Shown here: positions 63,769-64,000 of the stretch, one piece after another
How positions within the stretch are numbered: position 1 is the first letter of the stretch
How the letters are laid out: every line of letters starts with the position of its first letter
Origin: Octopus sinensis
Taxonomy: Eukaryota
NCBI RefSeq assembly: GCF_006345805.1
Contig: NC_043011.1
Location: 35,352,464 to 35,416,463 of the forward strand
Direction: 5' to 3'
DNA: 64,000 nt
Translations under genes and position numbers: made by a program
Notes under the pieces: generated by a model
Database searches by the model: none
The model's input: only the letters and a program-made list of their open reading frames with translations
Told to the model about the DNA's origin: nothing

Positions 63769-64000
63769 TTCTTCCTTCACCTTCTGCTGTCATCTGATCT
63801 ATTACTTTAATCAAGTTATCAGAGTTTGTTTATATTCAATCTATTAACTGCTTTTGTCACAAGGCTGTGGCTATGCTGGGGCACTGCATTGAAGAATTTT
63901 TAGTTGAATAAATCAGACCCAGTACTTATTTGTTTTTAAAGCTAGTTACTTATTCTATCAGTTTCTTTTGCTAAACAGGTAAAGTTATGAGGACATAAAC

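Overview
AT-rich eukaryotic DNA, dense in microsatellites, with one 100-N gap (3922-4021). The repeat content resembles what I recall of octopus (coleoid cephalopod) genomes; this is recognition, not a database result. Almost all coding signal comes from decayed transposons: mariner DD34D copies (one with a nested DD41D element), DD37D/maT fragments, a near-full-length Tx1/L1-clade LINE, RTE LINEs, CR1-like and HERO-like fragments, Penelope GIY-YIG fragments, Helitron-type and piggyBac-type non-autonomous elements, and several tRNA-derived SINE families. No rRNA, true tRNA or CRISPR array was found, and no host gene could be named; a few minus-strand exon candidates lie at about 42-57 kb. Three observations stand out. 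(1) Type I hammerhead ribozyme motifs occur in several unrelated short repeat families, including two intact, covarying copies (23108-23191, 60560-60642); one is followed by a half-duplication that could complete its palindromic helix III. (2) SINE heads carry alternative 3' tails that match four different LINEs in the same window, including an unusual Tx1-type tail. (3) Foldback structures are frequent, including a ~1.1 kb palindrome.
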